Source: Eledone cirrhosa
Lineage: Eukaryota
Length of the DNA: 64,000 bases
Assembly (NCBI GenBank): GCA_964016885.1
Contig: OZ024742.1
Location: 330,646,001 to 330,710,000, forward strand
Reading direction: 5' to 3'
Shown: positions 1-14,627 of the stretch, in pieces
How the letters are laid out: each line of letters begins with the position of its first letter
How positions within the stretch are numbered: position 1 is the stretch's first letter
Made by a program: the position numbers and the translations under genes
The notes under the pieces: generated by a model
What the model saw: only the letters and a program-made list of their open reading frames with translations
Databases searched by the model: none
Told to the model about the DNA's origin: nothing

Positions 1-2484
1 GTTTAAAATTTGACTTCGTTAATTAATGCTATATATATTTCGGTGACGGCCATCTTTGGCGGTGACCTCTTCAGGCAGTCCGAATTAGTGTGGTAGAGAC
101 GTGCACACATGTTTTTGAGGTGTATAACTTTCTCAATACTCTGATATGTCCAGTTCCTGGTTGGGTTGTTATTTCACTGAAGAACTGGAATCTTATTAAT
201 TCAAACAAACGAATTTCAGGGTCAAAGGGCCTCTTCTCGTCTCATTGGTCAGTTGTTAGAACATTCCTCAGTGAAAATTCTATAGAAATTCGTTCTGAGG
301 CAAGCCAATCTGTAGTTGTTGTTCTTGTTATTGTTAGGTACATCTGACCTCTATTCTTGTGTTGGTAGTTGTGTTATTGTTGGAGTCAGCTAAAAAAAAG
401 AGATAAAGTGGTAGAAGGAATAAGATGGTAAAGGAACAAAATAAAATAAAATAATCGAATATAATGTGTGTGTGTTATAGCCATCTCAATGTTATAAAGA
501 TTTGTAAGGTCAAACTTCCTATTGGTCAGTTTTGAGAGCATTCCTCAATCCAAAGTCTATAGAATTTCTTTCTGGGGTGAGGCTCCTTGTAGTGTTTGTG
601 TTTGTTATTGTTAAGTACGTCTGACTTCTACCCTTATTTTGGTAGTGCTGTTGGGTTTGTGGTCAGCTTATATCTTGCTGCTGCTGACAATTTAGAAGTA
701 TCTGTGTGTGTATTTCTTCATCCCTCCTGCCACAATCTCCCCTGGTGGTGGTGGTGGTGGTGCGTGTGCGTGGGGGTGGGGGATGGGGGGGGATGAAGGG
801 GGGGGGGGGTTCTGCCATCTATATGAAGAAATAGAAGGCAATAAAATGAAGTAAGCAGAAAATAAATAATAAATAGAGAATAAATGAAAAATTAATGAAA
901 AGGTAATGAAAAAGTAAGGAAAAATGAATATGGAAAATGAAAAATGAAAATGAAAAGTGAAAAATAAAATGAAGATTCAAATAAAATAAGATAAAATGTG
1001 TGTGGGCTATAACCATTCTCAAGGTCAGAAATATGTTGGATAGATTGGTAGGAGGGACAATATGGTAAAAGAATAAAACGAAATAGGATAATCGAATAAA
1101 ATGTGTGTGTGTTATAACCAATCTCAACTTAAATATAAATATAAGGTGATAAAGTGAAGAAAAACAGAAAACAAATAACAAATGAATAATGAGAAATCAA
1201 AATTGAAAAATCAAATATCAAGTAAATTAAAATGTGTGTGTGTTATAAAGATGTTGGGCCTTTATAATTTGGCCAACATCTTTATAACACACACACATTT
1301 TAATTGACTTGATTTTTGATTTTTCAATTTTAATTTCTCAAATTCATTTGTTATTTGTTTTCTGTTTTCTTCACTTTATCACCTTATATTTATATTTAAG
1401 TTGTGATTGGTTATAACACACACACATTTTATTTGATTATCCTATTTCCTTTTATAATTTTACTATCTTACCAATCTATTCAACATATTTCTGACCTTGA
1501 GATTGGTTATAGCACACAAACATTTTATCTTATTTTATTTTAATCTTCATTTCATTTTTCACTTTTCATTTTCATTTTTCATTTTCCATATTCATTTTTC
1601 ATTACCTTTTCATTACCTTTTCATTAATTTTTCATTTATTCTCTATTTATTATTATTTTCTGTTTACTTCATTTTATTGCCTTCTGTTTCTTCATATAGA
1701 TGGCATAATACCCCACACAAACACACCACCACCACCACCACGGGAGATGGTGGCAGGAGGGATGAAGAAACACACACACAGATACTTCTAAATTGTCAGC
1801 AGCAGCAAGACATAAGCTGACCACAACCCCAACAACACTACCAAAATAAGGGTAGTGGTCAGACGTACTTAACAATAGCAAACACAAACACTACAGGGAT
1901 CCTCACCCCAGAAAGAAATTCTATAGACTTTGGATTGAGGAATGCTCTCAAAACTGACCAATAGGAAGTTTGACCTTAAACATCTTTATAACATTGAGAT
2001 GGGATTAACCCACACACACATTTTATTCGATTATTTTATTTTATTTTGTTCCTTTACCATCTTATTCCCCTCTACCACTTCATCACTTTTTTTAGCTGAC
2101 TCCAACAATAACACCACTACCAACACAAGAATGGAGATCAGATGTACCTAACAATAACAAGAACAACAACTACAGATTGGCTTGCCTCAGAACGAATTTC
2201 TATAGACTTTTGACTGAGGAATGTTCTAACAACTGACCAAAGAGACGAGCAGAGGCCCTTTGACGCTGAAATTCGTTTGTTTGAATTCATATGATTCCAG
2301 TTCCTCAGTGAAATAACAACCCAACCAGGAACTGGTCATATCAGAGTATTGAGAAAGTTATACACCTCAACAACATCTGTACTCATCTCTACCACACTAA
2401 TTCGGACTGCCTGAAGAGTTCACAGCCAAAGATGGCCGTCACCGAAATATATATAGCAGTAATAAACGAAGCCATATTTTAAAC
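1..2484. repeat. Giant imperfect palindrome (~1.25-kb arms, centre ~1265); fold-back copy of a PLE 3' terminal region (pseudo-LTR)
   Basis: Base 1 onward (gtttaaaatttgacttcgtt...ttcggtgacggccatctttggc) is the reverse complement of ~2484 backward (gccaaagatggccgtcaccgaa...tattttaaac). The arms meet at ttataaagatgttgg-gcctttataatttgg-ccaacatctttataa. There is a hammerhead motif at each outer end. Confidence 0.92.
2407..2460 (+). ncRNA. Minimal type I hammerhead ribozyme (inverted twin at ~25-78, minus strand)
   Basis: actgc-CTGAAGA-gttcacagcca aaga tggccgtcacc-GAAA-tatata-TA-gcagt. Stem I is actgc/gcagt, the core is canonical, stem II is partly decayed and loop III is palindromic, followed by aataaa. 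Confidence 0.8.
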
Positions 2485-2523
2485 ATTTGACTTATTTATT
2501 TTATTTTATTTTATATATATATA

Positions 2524-4889
2524 GACCACTTAACATCAGCAGAAAACCCCTCTACCCCAACCATTTTTTAGACACTGCACACAGGTGCAGGCAAACAAAA
2601 TAACATAAGACAGGGAGGAGAAACCGAGAGTAATAAAAATGATCAATCTAACTAGTGCAGAACCAACACCCAACCTTATCAACTTACTCTCCAAAGGTCT
2701 TAAATTCACACCGACCCCACTACGTCCTAACTACTTTGAAATAAAGGAAGACATCACAGACTTTTGTAGAAAGTTACGACTCAGCGAAGAACTATTTGAC
2801 CAGTACAATGAGGATGAATCATTAGCCAGAGATAGAAGCAATTACACCCCATCAAAAGGTAGTAATAAAATCCTAGACGAATTCTGTGAACACATTACAA
2901 ACTTCCCTTACCAACACTTGCACAGACAAAAACACAAGCCAAACCTCAACAAGAAAGAAGGGGAAGAATTAAATAGATTAAAAACCGACAGAACCATTAC
3001 AATTAAAGAGGCTGATAAAGGAAGTACAGTAGTCCTAATGGAGACATAATTCTATATCAACTTAGCGCTCTCCACTTTGGAAAACGAAACATACTACGAA
3101 ATGGCTGAACACTACAATCAACAGAAAATTATGAGAAACCTAAAAACTCTGATCAACCAATACAAAGAAGGACTCACTAACAAGGATTTCAGCTTCATCA
3201 CAGACTTCGCAATTAAATCCAACCTTTTCTACGGTATCCCTAAAGTACATAAAAGCGAATTAATAAGTAAGGCATTTCAAGGAAGCCACAGACATAGTCA
3301 TCAATGTCCCCTCACCCAATGATCTCAAATTAAGACCTATAATAGCAGGCCCCGCTTGCGAAACCCACCGCCTTAGCAACTTCATTGATACCCTTCTCAA
3401 GCCTTTTCTCAAACTCATCAAAAGCTATATAAGGGACGACCTAGATATGCTCAATCACCTCCCTAATATGCCCCTTTTCTGAACAAACCCTACTAGTGAC
3501 GTTCGATGTAGTCAACCTATATTCCAACATCCCCCACAACCTAGGAAGAGAAGCTATCCAATTCTGGCTGGATAATTACCACAATGACCTCCCACAATGC
3601 ATCAAAAGAGAATTCGTGATAGAGGGACTCAAATTTATCTTGGAGAACAATTACTTCGTTTTCAATAACACACCCTACAGGCAGAAATCTGGGACCGCTA
3701 TGGGAACGAAAACAGTCCCCACTTATGCCAACCTAGTCATGGGATACCTGGAAATCCCCCTCCAGACTAAAGTCCTAAACAAATTTGGAAACACTCTCCA
3801 CTTACACATAGAAAGGAACTGGAAGCGATATCTAGATGACTTCTTCATCCTTTGGCACGAAAATATCGAGAAACTTAAATAATTTCACACCCTTATAAAT
3901 GGGCTCAACACGAATATTAACTTCACGATGGAATACAGCCATCAACAACTCCCCTTCCTCGACATCCTCATTAAGATCTATAACAAAAAAATAGAAACAG
4001 ACATATACTACAAGCCCACAGACTCCAAGCAATATCTTCCTTTCAACTCTTGCCACCCTAGACACGTTAAAATTAATATTCCCTACAACTTAGCCAAGAG
4101 AATCTGTACTATAGTCTCCAATAAAAACACCTGCTACTTAAGGCTACAAGAACTAAAGGACACACTCATAGGCAAGGACTACCCTGCATCACTAATTGAC
4201 AATGGAATCCAACGTGCCCTAAAACTCAGTAACCAAGACTTTAGTCACCGGAAAGTAAAGCAACCGAAACTAAAAGCTCTTCCATACATCTCCACACACA
4301 ACCCCCTCAACAATGAGGCCTTTGACACCATCCTCCAGAACATCTCTGTGTTAAAAAAGGACCATAGAATGAACCAAATTCTACGAACACACGATACCAT
4401 AAAGAGCAAATGAGAATCTAAGTCAATGAAAAACATCCTAACACAGGCCAAAGTACTGCCAAACACAACAACGAAACCCACAGAAAAAAATGCGATAGAC
4501 CCTACTGTGGCATATGCATCAACCTAATAGAGGGTTCGGAATTATATTTCAAAGAAGGACAACGTTTTATAGTAAAATACAATTTCACATGAGCATCAGA
4601 AAATCTAATATATGTATTAACTTGCTCAGGTTGTCGATAACAATACATATGCCAGACCAAAAACAGCCTCCGCCAAAGCATGAATGTCCATAGATCCCAA
4701 ATTAAAATACGGGAATAGAGGAAAATACCACTGAGTGAACACGTTGATACCTGTGCCGCCCAAAATCATCCCGACTTCAGAATATTTCCCCTCTACAAAT
4801 TTAAAGATAATGCCACCCACACCCAGCGCATCAGCAAGGAATCTCACTTTATTAACAAATACGGACCCCGTCTAAACACTTCTCCCTAA
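2524..4889 (+). pseudogene. Decayed Penelope-like retrotransposon ORF (RT plus C-terminal GIY-YIG endonuclease), Neptune-like
   Basis: ORF fragments carry LSKGLKFTP, IKEADKGSTVV, FYGIPKVHK, LRPIIAGP, FDVVNLYSNIP, GTAMGT..PTYANL, WKRYLDD, LPFLDI, YYKPTD, SCHP. These are followed by C-x3-YCGIC and NLIYVLTCSGC..QYI.QT...LRQSMNVH. Multiple stops and frameshifts. Confidence 0.95.
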
Positions 4890-5557
4890 GACGAACCCAC
4901 AACATACACACGTCAACATACATACCTACATCAGCATACATCTCTATCCACATATAAACACAATGACATACGTAAACACACATGTTCTATGGTGCAACAC
5001 AAATATACACAAATTTGCATACCTTTTAATGTCTATAGATATAACCGTGCCGTCACACACACATACATAAACGCACACATGCATTGCACACTGATGGGCA
5101 CATACATATTTGTACACAATTATTCCAATGCGGCAAGGCCTAATGGATTCCCATTGCAGTACGTACAATCTGGACACTCACACACACCTTGGTATTATGC
5201 CAATACTATATATCATTTCACACCTTTTATTATTAATGTTTTTGATGTTCTATCGAGAGAATCGTTTTTACTGAAAATATCGAATAATGTACACCATTTT
5301 TACCAGTATCACAACAATACTGGTCCACCCCCACACACCCACACACATTCTCTCTCACACACACACATATACACACACATACACACGCGTACATTAACAT
5401 AAACAGAGACATTTACACACACACACACACACACACACGCATACACACTTCTCCGTATAAAACAAGAGCTGAACAATATATTTTAACATGTTAAAATATC
5501 CCCCACACACGTACAGACACATTCCTACTGACCATGCCTCTACCACGAATTACTCTG

Positions 5558-5599
<42 letters not shown>

Positions 5600-5619
5600 A
5601 CACACACACACACACACAG

Positions 5620-5650
<31 letters not shown>

Positions 5651-6168
5651 TCTTAATAGGCATTTGAACTGTCAATAGGCTGCGGTTCGCACACCCATCC
5701 CTGCTGACCATTATCACAACAACGAACCTCTTTACTACTACTACACACACACACACACACATATTTGTTTTGAACGTCTTATTTTTCAGTGACTTCTCAA
5801 TCAGCCGACACAAACCTACATTTGGCGCAAAATCAATTATTAACATTCACATGACCTCTACCGACCAATCAAAATTGTTTTGGCCACAATAATTTTTGCA
5901 ACACAAATTGGCACGCAACTTATTTTAATACATCTGGAGCCACTTTTTTCACATAAAACAGGTTGAATTTCCAAAACAAATCAGATTAGAGCAAAGATCA
6001 CGAGTGCTCTATCTCAAAATTATTTTGAAAAGCATTAGAAATGCGCAACCGGTAAAACTTAAAACCAAAACTGAATACTAACCAGTACTATTACTAATTT
6101 TTACTTATTCCTAATTAAACTATTTTTTACTGGGAACAATTTGTCAGCATTTTCCTTTCCGTTTACCA

Positions 6169-6199
<31 letters not shown>

Positions 6200-6202
6200 T
6201 AC

Positions 6203-6308
<106 letters not shown>

Positions 6309-8193
6309 GCTTGTCATATGTTAGTGTCAGCTAGATTTTAAACGAAAACTTGTTAAATAATTCATTACACCAAGAACTTGTATATTATTACACTATATAT
6401 ACGTATATTAAATTACTAACCCCACCCCAACGGCATAGGCACGATACACTTTGAAAATTACATCCGCCTACACAGATCTACAAAATCCCACGCTCGTGTA
6501 ATATGATTATAGGAAACCGATGTATAGGAATATTTCAAATAACTCTTGAAACATTAAACCGTCTCCAATAGTAAATAGTTCCTTTATAAACATGTTATAT
6601 AGGTTTTGCGAACCTAGGTTATTTTTCTGTACGAGGAATGTGATGCCTCATGTAAGACATACAAGAAACCTCGATTTCGTAAACTATAGAAGTAAGTTTA
6701 TTACAAGTATTTAGCAATAATCGTAACGTTTTAAAATAACATTATGAGGAGCCTACAGAAAGTAATTGTTATTGTAAATCCTTCTGGGAAACTAGGTACA
6801 GACTGCTATATAATTATTCCTATTGCATTCCGAAATGTTTTCTCAACATTGTTCATGTTTCTATGTATTGCAGAGATATCTAATATGTTAGCACATGAGA
6901 GTTGAATAGATATTGTTAATATAAGAGAGAACATTGTAATATGTTTCTAGCAAGAACATGAAACTATTGTTATAAATATAAGTAATATATATATAATATG
7001 AAATAGAGTTACAGTAATACTATAAGAACTTTACTGTTTCGAGCATTAGACAAATGCCTTGCACTTACATTCCTGCATCTTTGCGTTCCCAGTTGAAAAC
7101 AGGCCGAAGTTAAATTTGTTTTTCAACAGATCTGTATTATTAAATATTATGCCAATTTGCTTCTAATGCGAAATCTCTTTCCTTCTAAATGTATCCTACA
7201 ATCGGTTTTAACCGAGCGGTTAGTGTAATTTACAGTGCCTTTCCGTCTAGAATTTCAGCAGTGTAGTATGGTGTGGTGGCTGGCTGAGATGGGACAATAT
7301 GATGTACAGAATTTAACGGTTAGTACATGTGTGCGTGTATTTTTGCTTATGTTTGATATTTAAACATGTATGCGATCGAGCAAAGGGAAATATAAGACAA
7401 AATGCCCCCAACAACTGTTTCTGAATTGTTTGGGGGCAAACAACAAACATGAAATATACTCATTATACAATACGTAAATCTGAGGGAAATACATATAATT
7501 ATTATTATAAGTAAAATAGGAATTTAGCTTTTCAAATCCATGATTTCGGTTTCGGAGAAATAGACTGCACATAGATGTAATTGTCTTTTGTTATAGCTAT
7601 GGGATAACGAATCACTTATGAGAGAAATTTCGTAGACGGAACATTTGCTAAATCTCGTTGTATGAGTATTTATTATATATTTCAATATGTTTGCAGTATG
7701 TCTACACGTCGCCGTTTTTCTTCATGTAGCCTTAACCTGTTCACCCCATTCACTATAATTATGTTGAAAAACGGTAAAATTCATCCTCTCCGTCTCTAGG
7801 TAAGACTCTTTCTTCCATTTAGCAGCCTTCACTCACTTTTTTATTTCTTTTCCTTTTGTTTTATTAAAAATTGTAGTATTTCTTACAGAAAAATACCAGT
7901 TCTTTACGTTTTGATTTTAAATAACATTAAAATCTAATTTAGTCTTACACTTGTTTTACTCGATTTAACACCAACATATGGATCTTTTGTTCGGTAGAAG
8001 AAACTTGCAGAATATTAAGAACAGTGGTATACTAACCTAATATAATTCCCCCAAAAGAAAACAAATAAAATGGAAATCTCCATCAATGTATTTTACAGGA
8101 AGAAGTACAAAAGTTTAGATAATCTTTCGGGATAAAACATCTAAACATTGACCTGTCCAGCTGTATGGAGAACGTACATTATTATTATTATTA

Positions 8194-8389
8194 GGGCGGT
8201 GGACTGGGGGTATCGGTAGAGAGCCGGACGCCATACTATGCTGTGTAGAGACACGGCCCTTTACGGTCTGAGTTCAAACTCCACCGTGGTTAAGTTTGCC
8301 TTTCATCTTTACGGGGTCGATAAATAAAGTACCAGTAATCCACAGGGATAATTGCTGTCTTTGTGCCAAAAGTAGAAACAATTATTATT
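8194..8389 (+). mobile_element. tRNA-derived SINE with Nin/Deu-type central domain (full length)
   Basis: Head gggcggtgga...tatcggtagag (A-box region), B box gagttcaaactcc, central gcctttcatctttacggggtcgataaataaagtaccag, tail ttgtgccaaaagtagaaacaatt plus (att)n. Multiple copies in this window. Confidence 0.85.
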
Positions 8390-11300
8390 TTCCTTGGGCT
8401 TTTGTCTTTCCAACATCTGCAGCTTTAAAAATACGACATTTCCCTGTGTCGATACGTAGATGAATAACTATAAGAATAAGTCCTGGGTGATTTTCTTTAC
8501 AATTTATTTGACTTCAGTTACAAGCAGTGTCCCCAGTTTTATGTGGCATTTGTTGTGTTATGTTAACTCATATATTGTGAGATGCTTTCATTTCTACTTA
8601 CAATATGCGTCTGAGACTTTGTAAAAGACATTACAGTTGAACGTTTCTACACTGTTCATTCAGTGTCAGAAACATTGATTTTTTTTAATGTCAATGTGTA
8701 TTAAGAGAATGAAAAGTTTGTAAATATGACTTCACAGTATTTCGCTTTTGTTCTTGCGTAAGATTCTATACTATTCGGAGCGAAATATTATTTCTGCAAC
8801 TGTTTATATTGAAGATTCGGCAGTAGTAGTTTTGCTAAACAAATAACTATAAATATGTGTAACACATTGGCTGAAAATTTATCATACAAAGAAAGACATC
8901 ACAAATTCTCACGAATCAAATAAAAATACAGGAACAACTGAATGAACACAGCTTTACTTAATTGAATGTTTTGAAAGAAAGGTTTTTGAAAAGCCTGAAG
9001 TTTTTTTACGTTTTAGTGGCATAAATTAAAATTAATATTTTCCCACAATTGATCAAGTTAAACTTATTTGATACGTATGGATTTGCAATAATTGAATTAC
9101 TCATTTACATTCTGAAATATGTGGTACATTCTGAAATATGTGGCCAGTTATGCAATTTATTTTATTTATGGTTACTTCTCTACCTGGACAAAATTATCTT
9201 TACAGAAATTTCTATTTGCAATACTCCGACATAATTAGTTGCAGAAATAATATTTCTCTAAGGCCCATCTCAAAAACGGCGCAACAAATTATTTAATAGT
9301 TACATTTACATAAATAAGATAGTTTATTCCTAAGATATCCTTGCTAATGCTTAGATCTATTTTGTGCCGTCTAATTGTTTGAGTAATAATTATTGAAGAA
9401 ATATACTTTATTGTCCAAAGGTAATTTTACAATTTCATTCAATAATTACTACATATGAAGAAAAATATATGAAGTAATTTAACACGACAGTTTATATAAT
9501 CAGTACTTAAGAAATCTGCGCAAATCTTATATAGAATTGCAAAAGCTTTTGAAATGATAATATATAAACGTGGATACTAAAATAAGTTCGAATTTCGAAA
9601 GTTTCAATTGGATAAATTTGCTATTGTAAAGCTTAGTAACAACATACTGGTGCTACCGTGCAGTCGGTTAAGGTTGGGACTCATGCTGAGAATAGGTGAT
9701 CAGGAGGTCCATTTATAATGAATTTGTTCTTTGGCGAAAAGAGTACGATGTATTGACTATTATTATTTCAGTGTTCATTAAAAGTGTTGCTGTTTGTTTT
9801 ATGTTCATATGGGAATACATAGTAGGTGTGCAATTTGTAACACGAGGTGATTTGTAATATTGAAATATATAGAGCTCTATATGTTTCCTATCAATAGTTG
9901 TTTGTCAGAAAGCCCTGAATGAAATGCAAATAACCCTAATCGTGCCTCGATTGTTTACTGAGCAGTGTCTGTGGTTGTTAGGAGAACCGAAAGCCTGAAG
10001 CGAAAACAGAGGGAAATTGATGTTAAGAAACAATAATTCAGAAGCGATGTTTTATAATATCTAACAACAGTGGAACATAGTTTCTTCGTCAGTTCCTTCT
10101 ACCTATTTAATGTGTTTTGTGATGGAATACTCATGTTTATGTAGCTTCAAATATAGGACATGTAAATTATCCGAACGTACTATATCGAAGAAATCATTGT
10201 CCGCAACAATTTTTATCGTAGCATTTACCAGAATACATTCTTCATACAGAAATGTATACACAATGTAATTATTATAAAAAAAGATGATACGAGTTCAATT
10301 ACGCATTTCAGTGTTTGAAATGTTTAAATCTGAAGTGTTCAACACTAAGCCATTCGTTTTTCATTTGGAAATTCCGTTTTTGTAACGGATGAGGTTTCTT
10401 TATAATATATAATGTCAGTGAACAAATAGAGAGAAATATAATAGACATATTGAATCTTTAGGTCATTGGACAAAACATTTACTGTATTTAGTTATGGTAT
10501 GTTATGTTCCAAATACAAATCAAGCTGGATCAATCTTAACATGTTTTATTTCTGGGGTCCATAAAATAAAATGAATGTCGACTACTGCGGCTGATTAATA
10601 TAATGTGCCCCAGGTGTGAATGGAAGTATATGAGATTGCATCTCGTTGTGTTTATAGCGAAACAAATACGTTTTACGCTTACACAAACATTGAGGGAAGC
10701 ATCTACTTGTTCAATAAAGCTGAATTATTTGACAGCAACATCCCTACCAAACTACAGAATAGTATAAACATATTTCATAATGTAATTTATAAAACACTAT
10801 ACACCGAAAAATAAATGCCAGTTGAACTAAATGAACTCAATTATGGACGGCCTGTTATGTACAACTGCAATAACGAGATACACACACGCATAAATAGAGA
10901 TGACCAAATTTTAAATATTTCTCATCTGAAGGTGATTATACTTGTGAACAGATCTATATATAGATGTGGTGACCCAGTATAGCTACAAACCACAGACTAA
11001 AATCAGAGAATAATAATAGGATAAACACGCTGGGGGAGAAAGGAGTCTAGTGTGTTTCGATAATCTTCTAAACTTTGAAAATATTCCATAGGCTTCCCGG
11101 AGATCATAGACTGCATCGTGGAGATGAAACAGCGTTGAGACGTTGCTTGATATGGTATCATCGCCATTGAAGTTTCTCTGAAGCTGGAGGCTGTTAGCTT
11201 TGCAGTTATCTTTCAAATGCCAAGTTGCAGACATCTGAAGTTGTAGTAGCCGGCACAACAAAATCAATTAACTATCCTACCCATTGTGCTCAAATCCAGC

Positions 11301-11539
11301 CACGTCATTATTTGCAGATTATTTTTTGCTGTGGACAATAACTGAAAGTATCAGGTGTGTTCAAATCGCGGAATTGGTAGAGCGATAGACAAAAAGAATT
11401 GTGACATTATCTGCGCATGGAATTGAAATTCTGGTAAATGAATAGTGTTTTCACAGATAATTCCTTCCTTCATTGCACACAGCAGGAATGTCAATCCAAA
11501 CAATCTAACACGGAATACATAGCAGCAACGAGTTACTTC

Positions 11540-11662
11540 CGTTTACGAACTGAGTTCAATTGTCGCCAAGGTTAACTTTGCCTTTCATCTTTACGGGGTC
11601 GTTAAAATAAAGTACCAGTAATCTACTGTTTTTGCTGGCCTTGTGCCAAAAGTAGAATACAT
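11540..11662 (+). mobile_element. 5'-truncated or degenerate copy of the same SINE
   Basis: ctgagttcaa...aggttaactttgcctttcatctttacggggtcgttaaaataaagtaccagtaatctact...ggccttgtgccaaaagtagaa. Confidence 0.8.
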
Positions 11663-11965
11663 TACCCATACAGTTAATCTCTAACTGCCAGCACGTTATG
11701 CTAGGGGTGGGTGTCATAATCTCCCTGCAATAAAGAATAACTTAATCAATGTAGATCTATACATACCGTGTCTACCAATGTCATCTGAAAAAGCTTGTCT
11801 AATCAGTTATGAATTTGGGCTTAAGGCAACGTGTTTTCAGTTTAGAGAATTAGAATTTGTTGGGCACACACACACACACATGCACACACGCACACACACA
11901 CGTGTGCTTAATATGAAGTGTATAGTTCATAATTCAATAAATAAATAAATATGTGTATATATATA

Positions 11966-12029
<64 letters not shown>

Positions 12030-12128
12030 AAATATATATCGTTTTTCTGTGATATCATACTCTGCTATATGAGGGCATCGAGAGGTCATACGGCCTATCG
12101 CATACGGACGCTTTAAGCATCCAACACC

Positions 12129-12163
<35 letters not shown>

Positions 12164-12276
12164 TTATCGATCGACTTTCATCAAATCGGACCGAGGAAAC
12201 AATATTTTAGTCGGTCTTTCCAGTTGCTAATATTATCTATCGAACTCACAAACTCATATATATATATATATATATA

Positions 12277-12401
12277 TTGAGGACCGAATAAGTTAGATTA
12301 CCGATATAAAAGACACAGAAACGAAAAGCGAAAACCAACCAATGAGTGAGTGTGTTCTGTTATTAATTCTGGCAATATTACACAAATATGACCCTCCCCA
12401 A

Positions 12402-12403
<2 letters not shown>
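12277..12403 (+). repeat. Short dispersed repeat in (TA)n context (related copies ~19960-20130, ~39990-40265 in both orientations, ~26105-26130)
   Basis: Shared gcgaaaaccaacca..gagtgtgttctgttattaattctggcaata...aatatgaccctccccaa. Confidence 0.7.
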
Positions 12404-12489
<86 letters not shown>

Positions 12490-12495
<6 letters not shown>

Positions 12496-14627
12496 AAAAT
12501 CTATACACCATGACTCCTGAAACTTACAACTCTTTCCTTCTTAAAGAACTCAATAAAAACTATAAAAAAACTACACCCTCCAGTGTAAACGTAATTAACC
12601 GAAAAGCCCAGGCTTTGGTTAAGGACTTACATCTGGATAGATTTACCCGCCCTTATGTACCAACAATCCCAAGGTTCTCTCTAAAGGATCACAAGCCAAA
12701 CTTTATAGAGAACCCAACCATTAAACTCATAAGCCCAACCCATCTGACCTGGGCCGCATCAGTAAGAACATCCTTGATAGGATAATCCCTGGACTACGGG
12801 ATGATACCACCTACAAGTTGTGGTCCAACACCGGCCAAGTCATCAGATTGTTCTCCGATCTAAGGTCCAAGCAATCTATGAGGTTCATCCAATTTGACAT
12901 AGACAGCTATTACGCGTCAATAACCCCGGAACTGCTCAACAAAGCATTAGCCCTAGCCACCACCAACTCGGACATAACCAATAATGTGATTAACATCATA
13001 CTTATGGCTAGGAAGACTATCATTGAATTCAACGGAGCACTCTAGACTAGAATAGATAGAACAGACAACTTTGACATTACGATGGGCTCAAGTGACTCCG
13101 CGCAAATCACCGATTTAGTTGGGATTTACCTATTATGTAACATGAGAGCTGAAATCCAACCCATGCAAAACGGAATATACATGGACGACGCCCTATTTGC
13201 GGTCCACAATTGCACTAATTGGGGAATCGATTTGCTAAAGAAACAATTACATAGATTCTTCAAAAATAACGGTCTCTCGATCACCATCGAGCCGAACCAT
13301 AACGTAGTAAACTTCCTAGACGTCACCCTGGATCTCAACGATAACCTTTATAACCCTTACCATAAACTAGGTGAAATACTCACATATATTAGCTCACACT
13401 CTAACCACCCACCGGCAGTCATCAGAACAGTAATCAAATTGATCTCCTATAGAATCTCAATGCTATCAGCAAATGAGGAGATATTTACAAACCACACACA
13501 ATATTATAATAAGGCCCTCTCTGAATATGGTTATAAACAATCAATTTATTACATAACTAAATGCCATAACACAGCAATTTACCATAATAAATATAACACT
13601 AGAACTAGAAATACCTTAGCATAGAGCCAAATTCGCCGGAATTTTAGCAGTAACAGCACCTATACAGGGACCTTGAATGGTGGCAGCGGCCTGCTCCCCA
13701 CTCCATGTAGCAAACTAAAAATTAACCGTAGAATAGGAATGAGATATGGGATGACAAATAACAAATCCCCAGGTAATAATAACCCAAGGAAGGCCCATAC
13801 CAACTCCACTAGAACCCCTAGAAGGAATAGACCTAGAAATATCACCTGCCTCAAAGCCCCATTCTCATCTAATCTAGCCACTAATATCGCCAAACGCTTC
13901 TTTTCTATCCTATCCAAACACTTGCCCCCAACCTTAGATATTACAAACTCTTTAATAAAAATAACATTAACATATCATTCTCCACAATACCTAACCTGGT
14001 TAGCCACATCGCGTTCAGTAACCATCATAAGCTAAGACAGTATAACTCCCACACCGCGGTACCACCACCCCTATCAAATACACCACGCCACTACACCAAT
14101 AATTACTGTAGTAGCAGACCTCCCCCTTCTAATCCTTCTAGCACGGACCTACCGCTTAGGTTAAACAACCCTACTCTCATTAACCGCAGAAGCAACTGCA
14201 ACTGCCGTTACCCCAGTGCATGCCCATTAAATGGACACACCTGACACCCAACATAGTCTATAGGTGCACGGTTGAGATGGCTTCGAATACCAGCTCTTAT
14301 ATCGGGTCTACCTCTAACCCTTTTAAGGTACGCTATAACGCGGACTCTTTTTCCTTCCGGGACCCTAGCAAAAGATGTTCGACATCGCTAGCTAGGCTCA
14401 TTAAACACCTTAAATTAAACAACGTTCAACACTCACTAAAATGGGATATCGTGGCTAGGGCCCTGCCGTTCAATGGACGAAGAAAATATTGTGATCTCTG
14501 TATTACGGAAGCATATAACATAACTCTATCACGATCTCTACCGATTAATGATAGAACGGAGGTAACCATTAGCTGTCAACATCTAAAAGCTAATTGCTTC
14601 GCCAATAGAATCTTTGACGCAACTTAG
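12490..14627 (+). pseudogene. 5'-truncated, decayed Penelope-like element, Naiad-like (RT plus GIY-YIG)
   Basis: SLKDHKPNF.ENP, FIQFDIDSYYASIT, MGSSDSAQITDLVG, GIYMDD, VNFLDVTLDL, SNHPP, CNCR....CP, IVYRC...YIGSTS..FKVRY, CDLC..E, terminal C.H. Confidence 0.93.

Noticed and set aside
819-1820. Mirror-image hydrophobic ORFs (819-1181 minus, 1497-1820 plus; likewise 46903-47157 / 49912-50166)
   Set aside because: By-products of T-rich inverted repeats, with no protein family signal
4590-4592. In-frame TGA at a conserved Cys position (NFT*ASENLIY), suggestive of selenocysteine as reported for some Naiad PLEs
   Set aside because: The element has many other stops and frameshifts, and the related copy near 39015 has TGC at this position. 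The Naiad-like copies here have ordinary Cys codons, and no SECIS was identified.
8194-8290. tRNA-like A/B boxes
   Set aside because: These are the head of a multi-copy SINE; no complete cloverleaf
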